Shown here one piece after another: positions 38,199-49,111 of a DNA stretch of 64,000 nt; the first letter of the stretch is position 1, and each line of letters opens with the position of its first letter. This DNA comes from an uncultured Acidobacteriota bacterium. Lineage in GTDB: Bacteria > Acidobacteriota > Thermoanaerobaculia > Gp7-AA8. The notes beneath the pieces are model-generated. The model was given only the letters and a program-made list of their open reading frames with translations, did no database searches and was not told the DNA's origin. A program made the position numbers and the translations under genes. The stretch lies in assembly GCA_963741955.1 (NCBI GenBank), contig CAVUKB010000004.1, positions 416,001 to 480,000 on the forward strand, given 5' to 3'.

Positions 38199-39233
38199 AT
38201 GTCGACTCTATTCGAAGAACTCCAGCGTGTACGGACATTCCAGTACACGGAAGAAGACGCCCGTGAATTCCAGGAGCTCCACGAGGAGATCCGGGAGCTG
38301 AAGAAAGAGCGCAACGCGGTGGTGGTGGCACACAACTACTACCGACCCGAGATCCTGAAGGTCGCGGACTTCGTGGGCGACTCGCTCGAGCTGTCGCTGA
38401 TGGCGGGGAAGGTCAAGGAAGCGGACGTCATCGAATTCTGCGGCGTCCACTTCATGGCGGAGACGGCGAAGATCGTGAATCCGAGCCGGACGGTGCTGCT
38501 GCCGAATCTTCTCGCTGGATGCCAGCTGGCGGATGCGGCTCCCGCGGAGGACGTCGCTGCGAAAATCGAGGAGTTGCGCGCCGACTATCCCGACCTTGCG
38601 GTGGTGAGTTACGTCAATACCACCGCCGCGACCAAGGCGCTCTCGGACGTGGTCTGCACGTCGTCGAACGCCGCACGAGTCGTGCGTGCGCTTCCGAATC
38701 AGCACATCCTCTTCCTCCCGGACCGTAACCTGGCCGCCCACGTCGCCCAGCAGGTGCCGGAGAAGACCATCATTCCGTGGGAAGGCTTCTGCTACGTACA
38801 CCAGCAGATCACTCCGGGGGAGATCAGCGAGATCCGGGAGAACGATCCGGAGCTGAAGATCCTGGTCCATCCGGAGTGCCGGCCCGACGTCGCCAGGCTC
38901 GCGGATGCGGTCCTCTCGACCTCCGGGATGGTGCGCTATGCGAAAGAGAATGCCGCGTCGCGCTTCCTGGTGGTCACCGAGTGCGGCCTGTCGGATCGTC
39001 TGGCGATGGAAGTCCCCGACAAGCAGTTTCTCAAGGGCTGCAAGCTCTGTACGTTCATGAAGGTCACCTCGCTCGAGGACGTGCGCGACTCACTGAAGCT
39101 GATGCGCTACCCGATCGAGGTTCCGGAAGAGATCCGGGTGGCGGCCGCGCGGTCCCTGAACCGGATGTTCGAGATCGAAGAAGCGGCGGGCGGAGAGGCC
39201 GCCCCAGCGCCCGCGATCCCGGCACACTGCTGA
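38199..39233 (+). CDS. nadA: quinolinate synthase
   Basis: AHNY, GDSLEL, FCGVHFMAETAK, YVNT, CTSSNA and HPEC motifs. Confidence 0.95.
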   Translation: MSTLFEELQRVRTFQYTEEDAREFQELHEEIRELKKERNAVVVAHNYYRPEILKVADFVGDSLELSLMAGKVKEADVIEFCGVHFMAETAKIVNPSRTVLLPNLLAGCQLADAAPAEDVAAKIEELRADYPDLAVVSYVNTTAATKALSDVVCTSSNAARVVRALPNQHILFLPDRNLAAHVAQQVPEKTIIPWEGFCYVHQQITPGEISEIRENDPELKILVHPECRPDVARLADAVLSTSGMVRYAKENAASRFLVVTECGLSDRLAMEVPDKQFLKGCKLCTFMKVTSLEDVRDSLKLMRYPIEVPEEIRVAAARSLNRMFEIEEAAGGEAAPAPAIPAHC

Positions 39234-39297
39234 GACAGAGCGCCGCATCAGTTCCGCCACTCGAGACCCACAATTGCCGGCCCGCACTGCGGGGCGG

Positions 39298-41748
39298 TCA
39301 CTTCCCGCAGATCGTCGCGTTGGTTCCGACGTAGTCGTCCTGCACGTCGTCGAGATCGCTCTTCATCTTCGCGAGGTTCCGCTGAAACTCGGGATCGCTC
39401 TGGAGCGACTCGAACCAGGGATGCTTCACGAAGAAGTACCAGCTGTGGTTCCCGAGCACCATCGCCTTCTTCATCCAGGCAATGGCTTCGTTCCGGTCTC
39501 CCAGCTTCGCGTAGCAGAGTGACGCGCGGAGAGCCGCCCAGTGGTTGCGGCTGGTGTCCGTCCGGATCTGGGCGAGGCGCCGCTCGACTTCGGCCCGGTT
39601 ACCGCGAGCGGCTGCGATCATGGCCGCCAGGCTGCGGGGGATGTAGTGTTCGGGAACGAGCTTTTCCGCCGCCTGCTGCTCGCGTTCGGCAGCGTCGAGA
39701 TCGCCGATCACCAGCCAGGCGAGGGCGCGCATGTCGTGCCCCGCGAGCGCCGTGTCGGGAGAGGCGAGCGCGTATTGCGACTCGCGGAGCGATCCTTCGG
39801 CGTCGACTGAGTTGACCTTCCAGTAGCCACGCGTTCTCGCCTCGTTCGACGAAGGGTCGAGCCGCACCAGACGCTCACCCGCGCATTGGGCTTTCTGCGT
39901 CTCACCGGTCGCCACGAAGTACGTCACCATGGTCCAGAGGGCCTGCGGATCGTTCGGATTGAGGCGCAATGCGGCGAGAGTTTCTCTCGCTGATTCCCTG
40001 AAGCGGTCGGGGAAGCGAACCAGGGCCCGACCGAGCGCGAGGTGTGCCTCGGCGAGATTGGAGTCGAGACGGATCGCCTGGCGTGCGTACCACTCGGCGC
40101 GCTTGTACTGCTCGGTCGTCGTTCCGAATCCGCGGACCTGCCGGAGCGAGAGGGCGATCGCCATGTCGGCGTACGCCGCGGCGAACTCCGGATCGAGCTC
40201 GATCGCCTTCGACAGCAACGCGACCTCCTCACTGCTCTCCTCCGGGCGGAGACTTCCCGCGATGGCTCGCGCGCGCACGTAGTACTCGAACGCCTTCGGA
40301 TTGGAGCTCTTCGGCTCGGAACGGATCGAGGGGGGCCGCATCGCGGCTTCCCGATCGAGCGCCGACGCGGTGCGGCCGGAGACGTCGTCGATCAGAGTGA
40401 GGAGATTGTCGCGGCTCCCCTCGACCGTGTCGGCCCAGACGCCGTACCCGCTGCGGGTGTCGGTCAGCTGCAGCGTGACCCGAAGCCGGGAGCCAGCGCT
40501 GAGAAAACGCCCCTCGAGGACGCCGTCGACGTCGAGCTGTTTTCCTCTGCTCTGCGCGTCGAGCCTCTTCCCTTCGAGCTGCACGGTGGACGAGGTCGGA
40601 CGGACCTGGAGAGCCGGATTCATCTGCAGTCGGGTGACCAGCGCGTCGGCCAGCCCTACGGAGAGGAATTGATCCTCCTTCTGCCCCGAGACATTCTCGA
40701 ACGGCACGACCGCGATGGAGTGGATCGAGCTCGGATCGGCCGGAGGCTCGGACTTCTCGCCGCCGGCCTGGTGCAGAAACCATCCGATCGCACTGCCAAG
40801 GATCAGCACGAGAAGGAGTGCGAGAAGTCCGATGATGCCGGTTCGACGGCGCGAAGCCCGCACCGTCTTTCCCAGCGTGGAGACGCGCCGGCTCTCGCGC
40901 ACGGTGTCGGAGGCCGGCCGCTCCGCCCCCTGCAGCGCGGTGAGATCCGCCGCCAGTTCTTCGGCCGACTGGTAACGGTCCTCGGGTGATTTCTGCAGGA
41001 GTTGCTCGATGATGCGGGTCGCTTCCGGAGGAAACTCGTCGATCGCTGGCTCGAACCGGTCCGGTTCGTCGTCGCGGATCCGTTCGAGGATCTGGAGTGG
41101 CGTGTCGGCTTCGAACGGAAGCTTTCCGGTGGCGAGCTCGTAGAGCACCACGCCGGTGGAAAAGAGATCGCTTCGCGCGTCGACGCGTCTTCCGGTCGCC
41201 TGCTCCGGCGAGAGATAGGGGATGGTGCCGTAGAAGTGGCCTCCGGTCGTCGCGAGACTGGCAGCGTCGGAGACGAGCTCGCGGGCAAGCCCGAAATCGA
41301 GAATCTTGATTCCGGAAGGGGAGGCGACGATGTTGGCGGTCTTGATGTCGCGATGGATCACGCCATTGCGGTGGGCGGCCGAAAGCCCTTCCGCGATCTG
41401 TCGTGCCCAGCGGAGAAAATCTCCCCTGCTGATCTCCGAGTCACGTCGCAGCTGCGCGAGAGTCGGTCCTTCGCAGTACTCCATGGCGATGAAGGGAAGG
41501 CCGACGTCGGTCTCGCCGATCTCGAAGATGGTCGCGACGTTCGGATGCGAAATGGAGGCGGCCGTCCTTGCTTCGCGCAGAAATCTCGAGCGCTGTTCAC
41601 TCCCTTCCAGATCCGAGGCGGTCAGCACCTTCAGGGCGACCTGCCGGCCGAGCTTCGAGTCGCGTGCGAGATAGACGACTCCCATCCCGCCGCGTCCCAG
41701 GATGCGGAGAACGTCGAAGTGTGCGATGCGCTGGGGAGCTCCGTACAT
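39298..41748 (-). CDS. Ser/Thr protein kinase with TM segment, TolB-N-like domain and TPRs
   Basis: GRGGMGVVY, VALK, HRDIKTAN, DFG and YLSPEQ motifs; TM; SIAVVPFEN; TPRs. Start uncertain. Confidence 0.9.
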   Translation of the reverse strand: MYGAPQRIAHFDVLRILGRGGMGVVYLARDSKLGRQVALKVLTASDLEGSEQRSRFLREARTAASISHPNVATIFEIGETDVGLPFIAMEYCEGPTLAQLRRDSEISRGDFLRWARQIAEGLSAAHRNGVIHRDIKTANIVASPSGIKILDFGLARELVSDAASLATTGGHFYGTIPYLSPEQATGRRVDARSDLFSTGVVLYELATGKLPFEADTPLQILERIRDDEPDRFEPAIDEFPPEATRIIEQLLQKSPEDRYQSAEELAADLTALQGAERPASDTVRESRRVSTLGKTVRASRRRTGIIGLLALLLVLILGSAIGWFLHQAGGEKSEPPADPSSIHSIAVVPFENVSGQKEDQFLSVGLADALVTRLQMNPALQVRPTSSTVQLEGKRLDAQSRGKQLDVDGVLEGRFLSAGSRLRVTLQLTDTRSGYGVWADTVEGSRDNLLTLIDDVSGRTASALDREAAMRPPSIRSEPKSSNPKAFEYYVRARAIAGSLRPEESSEEVALLSKAIELDPEFAAAYADMAIALSLRQVRGFGTTTEQYKRAEWYARQAIRLDSNLAEAHLALGRALVRFPDRFRESARETLAALRLNPNDPQALWTMVTYFVATGETQKAQCAGERLVRLDPSSNEARTRGYWKVNSVDAEGSLRESQYALASPDTALAGHDMRALAWLVIGDLDAAEREQQAAEKLVPEHYIPRSLAAMIAAARGNRAEVERRLAQIRTDTSRNHWAALRASLCYAKLGDRNEAIAWMKKAMVLGNHSWYFFVKHPWFESLQSDPEFQRNLAKMKSDLDDVQDDYVGTNATICGK

Positions 41749-42039
41749 GGACGTGAGGGTCGGGGGTAATTCTAACTCAGGAGGCGGTCCGACTCTATGG
41801 AAGCGTCCGCTGACGGAGCAAACCGGACGGTCGGTTGGGAACCTCGAGAGCGTCAGGTCCTTATGGGTCAAAAGTTGCGCTGAACGCGGGGGGATTTGTT
41901 TCCGGAATTCTACGGGGCCTCGGCGACGCCTAGCGGACTGCGCTGGCAAGTGCTGGAAAGGCGGCCGTTTGCGTCGAACCGCTCGGAAGGGTTACTCTTG
42001 CACCCACGGCCACCTCCTTGTTACATCTCAGAAACGCTC

Positions 42040-45000
42040 ATGACTGAAGCGGTTCAGACTTCGATCCAGCTTCCTGCCGCGTATGAGCTGCGCGGTACGT
42101 TGAAGGAGAGCAACTCGACCTCGGTGTACCGGGTCCGCGACCTGGTCCACGACCGCGAGGCTGCGATCAAGATTCTACGCCACGAATTCGATGCTCCCGA
42201 AGGCCTGCTGCAGTTCAGAAGCGAGTTCGCCACCCTCGCCTCCCTCGACCATCCTGCGATCATCAAGGTCTACGACTTCGGTCTGATCGAGGAGCGATAC
42301 CCGTACTTCACGATGGAGTACTTCGAAGGGAAGAAGATCACCGATTTCTTCGACGGGCGGGACTGGAACGGCCTGTTCGACGTGATCGTGCAGATCGCGT
42401 CCGGACTCCATCACATTCACCAGCTCGGGATCATTCATCTCGACGTCAAGCCCTCGAACATCCTGGTGAACGCGCGTGGAAAAGTGAAGATCATGGACTT
42501 CGGAGTTTCCGCCGAAGCCCACACTCTGTTCGACCGGAGAATCCGCGGGACTCTGCACTACATGGCGCCCGAAGTCCTCCGGCAGGATCAGGTCGATCTT
42601 CGCGCCGATCTGTTCGCGCTCGGAATGACGCTCTACGAGACGGTGACCGGAGCGCTTCCGACATTCGGCCGTCCTTCGATCGAGATCATCCGCCACCGGC
42701 TCGACGAAGCGGTACGCAAACCGTCCGCAATCAATCCCCACGTTCCCGACCGTCTGGAGCAGATCATCCTGAAGCTCCTGGAGCCGGATCCCCGTCACCG
42801 CTACTCTTCCGCGGCGATGCTTCTGCACGACGTGGCCAGAGCGGCGGCGATCGAAGTCACGCCGGGAGAGCTTCTGCTCGGGAGCGGCGAGCTTCTCGCG
42901 GCTCCGCTGATCGGCCATCAGGAGGAGATCGACCGGCTCACCTCCGCGATTCAGGGGGCGAGGGAGGGGAAGGGCGGCGGAGTGATCGTCCTCGGACCGG
43001 AAGGGATGGGGAAGAGCCGGATCGTGCGGGAAGCGACGGTCCGGGCGCAACTCGACGGCGCACGCGTTTTCGTCGGCCGTTGTCCGGTGAACCGGAAGAG
43101 TATCTACGCCCCCTTCTTCGAGATCTTCCAGCAACTGGTCCGTGCGCTGAATCCCGTCGCCGATGCGACCTCGGAGATCCGGCGCATCCTCCGGACGGTG
43201 ATCTCTTCTCCGGAGGAAGGGAAGCTCCGGCGCGGCGAGAAGTTTCGCCTTTATAACCGGGTCGTGCAGTCCATCCAGGATTTCTACGGCTATCTGAAGG
43301 CGGTCGGCGACGCCGGCTCGTCACCTCTGATCCTGATCGTGGAAGATCTTCAGTGGGCCGACCCGTCCAGTGCCGAGCTTTTCACCTTCCTGGTCGGTGA
43401 AGCACGGCAGTCGAATTTCCTGGTGGTGGGGACCCTCACGACCGGGAAAGACGCCGAACCGATGGTCGACGATGGCGCATCGACGAGCGTGGGCCAGTGG
43501 GAGCAGAGGGCACGCGAGAGCGGCATGACGCTGATCGAAGTCGGTCCGCTCTCGGAGGATCTCGTACGAGAGTACGTCGAAAGTCTGCTCGGAGAGGAGA
43601 GTCTCCCCCACGATCTGATCCGGTGGATCATGTGGGAATCGGGCGGCTCTCCGATGCTGGTCCGGCGCGTAGTCGACTTTCTCGCCACCCACGGTTACCT
43701 GCGCCTCGGCGTCGACGGGTGGTCCGCGGATCTCGAACGCATCCAGAATCTCCGGATTCCGGGAGGATCCGCCGCGGTCTGGAGCGAGAAGCTCGAACAA
43801 CTCTCCGAGGAGCACCGCCGGCTGCTCGAGACTGCGTCAGTGATGGGGGATCACTTCGAGACCTCCGTCCTCACCCGAATCGCGGGGGCGGACGCCGAGC
43901 ACGTTTTTCATCTGGTCCGACAGCTCTCGGCGAAGAATCTTCTCGACACGTCCGCCGATGGACGGGTCCTCGCGTTCCCGCAGGGAAGTCTTCGCGAGGC
44001 CGTATACGCACAGATGCCGGGCGACCTGCGGATCGCCGTGCATCAGCGGGCGGCGCGGGTTCTGGAAACGCTCCTGCTGGAGGGGGCGGCGGAGCTGCTG
44101 GGTCAGGTGGCGTATCACTACGCGCGCGGCAACGATCACATGAAGGGAATCGAGTACTCCATCCGGGCGGGAGTCCAGGCAGCTTCCGCTCTCGCACACG
44201 AGCAGGCGGCGGAATTCTACCGCATCGCCCTCGAACTGATGGACCTCTCCGGCGATCATGCGAGGCGACTGGAGATCCGCGAACGTCTGGGTGACGCGTA
44301 CTACCGGAACAACAACTTCAGGGGAGCAATGCAGGTCTATCAGTTCCTTCTCAAGAGCATTCAGTCTCGTGAAGCGGATGAGGAGAGTCAACTCGCGGCG
44401 GCCGGGATCATGAGAAAGATCGGAAAGCTCCTGGCGCGACGGGGAGAGAGCGATGCGGCGCTGACGTACTTCCAGGACGCGATGCAGATTCACGAGCGAC
44501 TGGGCTCGGCAACCGATGTCGCCGAGCTCCTGAACCGGACCGCGTGGATTCATCGCGATCGCGGCGAGTTCGCCGAAGCGGAGAGAACCGCGCAGCAGGC
44601 GTCTCGCATGATCGGTGGAGATCCGCTCTCGCCGCTTCACGGCTACGTCGAGGACATGCTCGGCGAGATCGCGTATGGGCGCGGCGACTGGGAGACCGCA
44701 CGCGTGCACTTCGAAAAGGCGTTCGAGACCGCGGAACGACTCGACTGTGAACAGCTTCGCCGAGTCTCGTCCCGACACCTCGGAAACGTTCTGTGGAAGG
44801 TGGGGGAGTGGGATGCTGCGTTGCAGCATCATCGGCGCAATCTCGACAAGTCGGAGACGGATGGTGATCTGTGGGACCTGGTGACGGCCTACAACAACGT
44901 CGCGGTGATCGAGCTGAGTCGCGGAAACTTCCATGCCGCCGCGCAGCTTTTCCAGAAGAGCTACCACCTCGGTGAGAAGCTCGGATCGCCGGAAAGCGAA

Positions 45001-47325
45001 TCAGTCGCGCTCGAATATCTGGGGCAGTCGCTCGAGCGTCTCGGGCGGTGGAACGACGCGATGGCCCGCTACCAGCAGGCGGTGCGTCTCGAAGGTTTCG
45101 ACGAGAATCGCCCTTCCCGAGTCTCGGTGTACGTCCCTCTCGCCAGACTCACGGCCCGGCGAGGCGACATCGCCCGGGCGTTGCAGTACGCGCAGAGGGT
45201 GTACGACCTCGCCGAGCGCACCCGGGACGAGAATCTCCTGGCTGAGGCGTCGTATGTGCTCGGCGTGATCGAAAAGAGACGGGAGAACTACGAAGAAGCG
45301 GCAGAGCACATCGAATCGGCCATGGAGCTCTTCACCCGGAACGGAACCCGTCACGGGATCGCGAGGACTCATGCGCTGATGGCGGATGTCGCAGTCCTCC
45401 GGCAGCGCTTCGACGACGCCGTCCATCACGCACGGGAAGCGATCGCGATCGCCACCGGACTGGGTGATCGATTCACGGTAGCGACGAGCGACTGGATGCT
45501 GGGCCGCGCGCTCTCCTTCTCCGGTTCGCGCGAGGAAGGAGAGGAGCGTTTCGCCGCGGCGCAGCGAGCCTTCGAAGATCTCGATACGCCGTACGAGCTC
45601 GGACGTCTGCTGTTCGATCTCGGACTCCTGCGCGACGATCCGGAAGAGGCGACTCAGATCATCCGTCGAGCCGTGTCGATCTTCGAGCGGCTGCAGGCGA
45701 CGCCCGATCTCGAACGTGCCCGCGGTGCGCTCTTCCGCATCCGTCCTTCGGGACGTGCTGCGGAGAACAGCGTGGTCGGCCTTTACGAGATCGTCAAGAT
45801 CATCAACTCGACTCTGAGGGTCGAGGACGTCCTCAATCGGGTCCTGGAGATCGTTCTGAAACGGATTCGTGCGGAACGGGGAATGATCCTGGTGATCGAC
45901 CCGATCACCAGTGCGCTGCGGACCCGGGTGGTCAGGAACATCCGCGAGGAAGACGGTTCGAAGCGCTCACCGCAGGCCGTGGTGCGCGACGTGATCGAGA
46001 CGGGCCGCTCGGTCATTTCAGCCGACGCCCGCGCAGACGAGCGGTTCGTCGACTCGGAGACGGTGATCTCCGAGAACATCGTCTCCATTCTCTGCGTCCC
46101 TCTGGTGATCCGGGAGCGCATCGCCGGAGCGATCTACGTCGACCACCGTGAGGCGAGACACCTCTTTTCGCAACGCGACCTGAGCTTCCTCGAAGCGTTC
46201 GCCGATCAGGCTGCGATCGCGATCGAGAATGCGCGGCTCTACGAAGAGCTCGAGCAGGCACGGCTACGGCTCTCTCTGGAGAACGAATCGCTCCGAAAGG
46301 AGGTGCTGGTCGACAAACATCTCGACTCGGTGGTCGGCCAGTCCGAAGCGGTGGCCCGGATCCAGTTCACGGTGCGGAAAGCCGCGGCGTCCGCGTCGAC
46401 GGTACTGATCCGCGGTGAATCGGGGACCGGCAAGGGGCTCGTCGCGCGGATCATCCACAACATCGGTCCGCGCCGCAACGGGCCATTCATCAAGTTCAAC
46501 TGCGCGGCGCTCCCGGAGACCCTCGCCGAGTCCGAGCTGTTCGGCCATGAGAAGGGTGCGTTCACCGGAGCGGAGCGGAGGAAGCTCGGACGGTTCGAGC
46601 TCGCCAACGGCGGGACCATCTTCCTCGACGAGATCGGGAAAGTGAGTCTTGCCATGCAGGCGAAACTCCTCCGGATCGTGGAGGAGAAGGAGTTCGAGCG
46701 GGTTGGCGGCACACAGACCATCCAGTGTGACGCGAAGATCATCGCAGCGACGAACCTGGACCTCGAAAAGGCGATCGAAGAGGGCGTCTTTCGTGAGGAT
46801 CTCTTCTATCGGCTGAATATCATTCCCATCCTCCTTCCTCCGCTGCGTGACCGGAAGGAAGACATACCTCTGCTGGTCGAACACTTCATCCGGAAGATCT
46901 GCTACGACCTCGGCATCGAACCGAAACCGATCGAGCCGGGAGTGCTCGACCTGTTCAACGCGTGTGAGTGGCCGGGTAACGTCCGGGAGCTCGAAGCGAC
47001 CCTCCACCGGGCAATCGTCATGTCGAACGACGACATTCTCACCCGACGCGACTTCTACGGGCTGATCAGCGATCCGAACAAGTCGATCCCGGAGATTCCT
47101 CTGGAGTCGATCTCGAACGACCTTCTCCTCGGCATGATCCGGAAGATGGAGATCACGTCCGACGTCTATGACGATCTGATGCAGCGGGTCGAGAAACATC
47201 TGATCGAGCAGGCTCTGTTGTTGGCGAAGGGAAAGATCCGGGAGACCGCCAGGCGCCTCGGACTCGCGCGGAACACGCTCAAGTCCAAGATGCAGAAGTA
47301 CAACCTCGCTGGAAACGGCAGCTGA
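42040..47325 (+). CDS. multidomain Ser/Thr kinase - STAND AAA ATPase - TPR - GAF - sigma54 enhancer-binding protein
   Basis: HLDVKPSN/DFG/APE; GPEGMGKSR and VEDLQWAD; TPR array; GAF (ILCVPL..GAIYVD); GESGTGK, GAFTGA and WPGNVRELE; Fis-type HTH. Confidence 0.93.
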   Translation: MTEAVQTSIQLPAAYELRGTLKESNSTSVYRVRDLVHDREAAIKILRHEFDAPEGLLQFRSEFATLASLDHPAIIKVYDFGLIEERYPYFTMEYFEGKKITDFFDGRDWNGLFDVIVQIASGLHHIHQLGIIHLDVKPSNILVNARGKVKIMDFGVSAEAHTLFDRRIRGTLHYMAPEVLRQDQVDLRADLFALGMTLYETVTGALPTFGRPSIEIIRHRLDEAVRKPSAINPHVPDRLEQIILKLLEPDPRHRYSSAAMLLHDVARAAAIEVTPGELLLGSGELLAAPLIGHQEEIDRLTSAIQGAREGKGGGVIVLGPEGMGKSRIVREATVRAQLDGARVFVGRCPVNRKSIYAPFFEIFQQLVRALNPVADATSEIRRILRTVISSPEEGKLRRGEKFRLYNRVVQSIQDFYGYLKAVGDAGSSPLILIVEDLQWADPSSAELFTFLVGEARQSNFLVVGTLTTGKDAEPMVDDGASTSVGQWEQRARESGMTLIEVGPLSEDLVREYVESLLGEESLPHDLIRWIMWESGGSPMLVRRVVDFLATHGYLRLGVDGWSADLERIQNLRIPGGSAAVWSEKLEQLSEEHRRLLETASVMGDHFETSVLTRIAGADAEHVFHLVRQLSAKNLLDTSADGRVLAFPQGSLREAVYAQMPGDLRIAVHQRAARVLETLLLEGAAELLGQVAYHYARGNDHMKGIEYSIRAGVQAASALAHEQAAEFYRIALELMDLSGDHARRLEIRERLGDAYYRNNNFRGAMQVYQFLLKSIQSREADEESQLAAAGIMRKIGKLLARRGESDAALTYFQDAMQIHERLGSATDVAELLNRTAWIHRDRGEFAEAERTAQQASRMIGGDPLSPLHGYVEDMLGEIAYGRGDWETARVHFEKAFETAERLDCEQLRRVSSRHLGNVLWKVGEWDAALQHHRRNLDKSETDGDLWDLVTAYNNVAVIELSRGNFHAAAQLFQKSYHLGEKLGSPESESVALEYLGQSLERLGRWNDAMARYQQAVRLEGFDENRPSRVSVYVPLARLTARRGDIARALQYAQRVYDLAERTRDENLLAEASYVLGVIEKRRENYEEAAEHIESAMELFTRNGTRHGIARTHALMADVAVLRQRFDDAVHHAREAIAIATGLGDRFTVATSDWMLGRALSFSGSREEGEERFAAAQRAFEDLDTPYELGRLLFDLGLLRDDPEEATQIIRRAVSIFERLQATPDLERARGALFRIRPSGRAAENSVVGLYEIVKIINSTLRVEDVLNRVLEIVLKRIRAERGMILVIDPITSALRTRVVRNIREEDGSKRSPQAVVRDVIETGRSVISADARADERFVDSETVISENIVSILCVPLVIRERIAGAIYVDHREARHLFSQRDLSFLEAFADQAAIAIENARLYEELEQARLRLSLENESLRKEVLVDKHLDSVVGQSEAVARIQFTVRKAAASASTVLIRGESGTGKGLVARIIHNIGPRRNGPFIKFNCAALPETLAESELFGHEKGAFTGAERRKLGRFELANGGTIFLDEIGKVSLAMQAKLLRIVEEKEFERVGGTQTIQCDAKIIAATNLDLEKAIEEGVFREDLFYRLNIIPILLPPLRDRKEDIPLLVEHFIRKICYDLGIEPKPIEPGVLDLFNACEWPGNVRELEATLHRAIVMSNDDILTRRDFYGLISDPNKSIPEIPLESISNDLLLGMIRKMEITSDVYDDLMQRVEKHLIEQALLLAKGKIRETARRLGLARNTLKSKMQKYNLAGNGS

Positions 47326-47635
47326 CCGCCCGCCCCGGATTTCGCACTACCGGATCGTCTCATTCCCACCGGCGATACCTACCGCGCCGACTTCGAGCCC
47401 GGGCGCGGCCGCGTAGCGTCAGCTGCTCGGGGCCGCCGCGCTTCTTCCGCCGCCGGCGGGACGGCAGAAGCGGCGGAGGGGGAATGTGCATGGTGGAGCG
47501 TCCTGGCTTTCCATGAGTGATTCGTTCTCGGGACGGAACGGAGCCGCGAGCGTGCGGTGTATGATGACGTCATCTCGAGGCTCCGTCCGGGATTCACGGG
47601 GTCAGGATTACAGTTGCAATGTCACGGAGGAACGC

Positions 47636-48064
47636 GTGAGTCACGAATTGTTCAGTGAACCATGGCTCGCGGACTGGGTCGATAAGATCCGCGCGAGTGA
47701 GAAATACAAGGTCGCGGCGAGAAACTGGCAATGGCCGATGATTCTGATCATGGAACGGGATCCGAGTCTCGGGTTCCCGCAGGACCGGGCTCTCTATCTC
47801 GATCTGTTCAAAGGCGATTGCCGTGAAGGAAAGCTCGCCGGTCAGACCGAGATGGAGTCGACTCCGTTCATCATCAGCGCGGACGCGTTCACATGGAAGC
47901 AGGTGCTGGAACGGAAGCTCGAGCCGATCTCCGGTCTGATCCGCGGGAAGCTCAAACTGAAGAAGGGGAATCTCGCCACGCTCATCCCGTACGTGCTCGC
48001 CGCGAAGGAGCTCGTGAACACGGCCACTGAGGTTCCGACGTCGTTTCCGGAGGCGATGGCGTGA
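47636..48064 (+). CDS. SCP2 sterol/lipid-binding domain protein
   Basis: GGAGG RBS then GTG; LFSEPW, YLDLFKGDC and W..VL...L.PI.GL..GKLKLK motifs. Confidence 0.78.
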   Translation: MSHELFSEPWLADWVDKIRASEKYKVAARNWQWPMILIMERDPSLGFPQDRALYLDLFKGDCREGKLAGQTEMESTPFIISADAFTWKQVLERKLEPISGLIRGKLKLKKGNLATLIPYVLAAKELVNTATEVPTSFPEAMA

Positions 48065-49101
48065 AGGCCGTCACCTGGCAGGACGTGCGCGACGTGCGGC
48101 TCGACGACGTCCCCGAGCCGGAGCTCGAGTCGCCGGGCGACGTGATCATCCGCGTCACGTGCGCCGCGATCTGCGGCTCCGACCTCCACGTCTTTCACGG
48201 CGAAGTCCCGGGGATGCTTCCGGGGACGATCTGCGGACACGAGTTCACCGGCGTCATCGAATCAGCCGGCGATCAGGTGTACGGATTCTCGAAAGGGGAT
48301 CGAGTGGTCGGCCCCTTCACCATCTCGTGCGGTCTCTGTCCTCCCTGCCGGCGTGGCGAGTATCACCTCTGCCGGGAGAACATCGTTCTCGGATGGGGGA
48401 TGGTGTTCGGGGGAGTGGCGGGGACACAGGCGCAGTACGCGCGGATCCCGCACGCCGACATCAATCTTCGGCGAATCCCCGACGGGATGGATGACGAGAA
48501 GGCGATCTTCTGCGGCGACGTTCTGACCACTGCGTATGGCGCGGTGAGAAATGCGGATCTCCGTCCGGGTGACACCGTCGCGGTGGTCGGCTGCGGACCG
48601 GTCGGCATCATGGCCGTCCAGAGTGCTCTGGCGATGGGAGCCTCCCGCGTCTGGGCGATCGACCTGGTCGAGGAGCGTGCGGCTCTCGCCGCGAGCGCGG
48701 GCGCGGAGCCCATCGTCTCGAGCCGGACCAATCCCGTCAGCCGGATCAACGAAGCCACGGACGGCGAAGGTGTCGACGTGGTGATCGAGGCGGTCGGCGG
48801 AACGAAGACCCTCGAGCTGGCCTTCGATCTGGTCCGTCCCGGAGGACGCATCGCTGCGGTCGGCATCAGTGCCGCGGAGTCGTTTCAATATCCGCTGATG
48901 AGTGCTCTGGCGAAGGACGTGAGCTTCCGAATCGGAGTGGCGAACGTCCTGCGGGACATCGATGCGACATTGAAGCTCGTCGAGACGGGACGCATCGATC
49001 CACTCCTGGTGGTCAGCCATCGAATCCCGCTCACCGACGCGGTCGAGGGCTACCGCCTCTTCGACGAGAAGAAGGCGAACAAGATCCTGATACATCCGTG
49101 A
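48061..49101 (+). CDS. zinc-dependent alcohol dehydrogenase (formaldehyde dehydrogenase-like MDR)
   Basis: ICGSDLH, GHE, CGxCxxCxxxxxxxC and GCGPVG motifs. Confidence 0.92.
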   Translation: MKAVTWQDVRDVRLDDVPEPELESPGDVIIRVTCAAICGSDLHVFHGEVPGMLPGTICGHEFTGVIESAGDQVYGFSKGDRVVGPFTISCGLCPPCRRGEYHLCRENIVLGWGMVFGGVAGTQAQYARIPHADINLRRIPDGMDDEKAIFCGDVLTTAYGAVRNADLRPGDTVAVVGCGPVGIMAVQSALAMGASRVWAIDLVEERAALAASAGAEPIVSSRTNPVSRINEATDGEGVDVVIEAVGGTKTLELAFDLVRPGGRIAAVGISAAESFQYPLMSALAKDVSFRIGVANVLRDIDATLKLVETGRIDPLLVVSHRIPLTDAVEGYRLFDEKKANKILIHP

Positions 49102-49111
49102 GGGCCACGCG

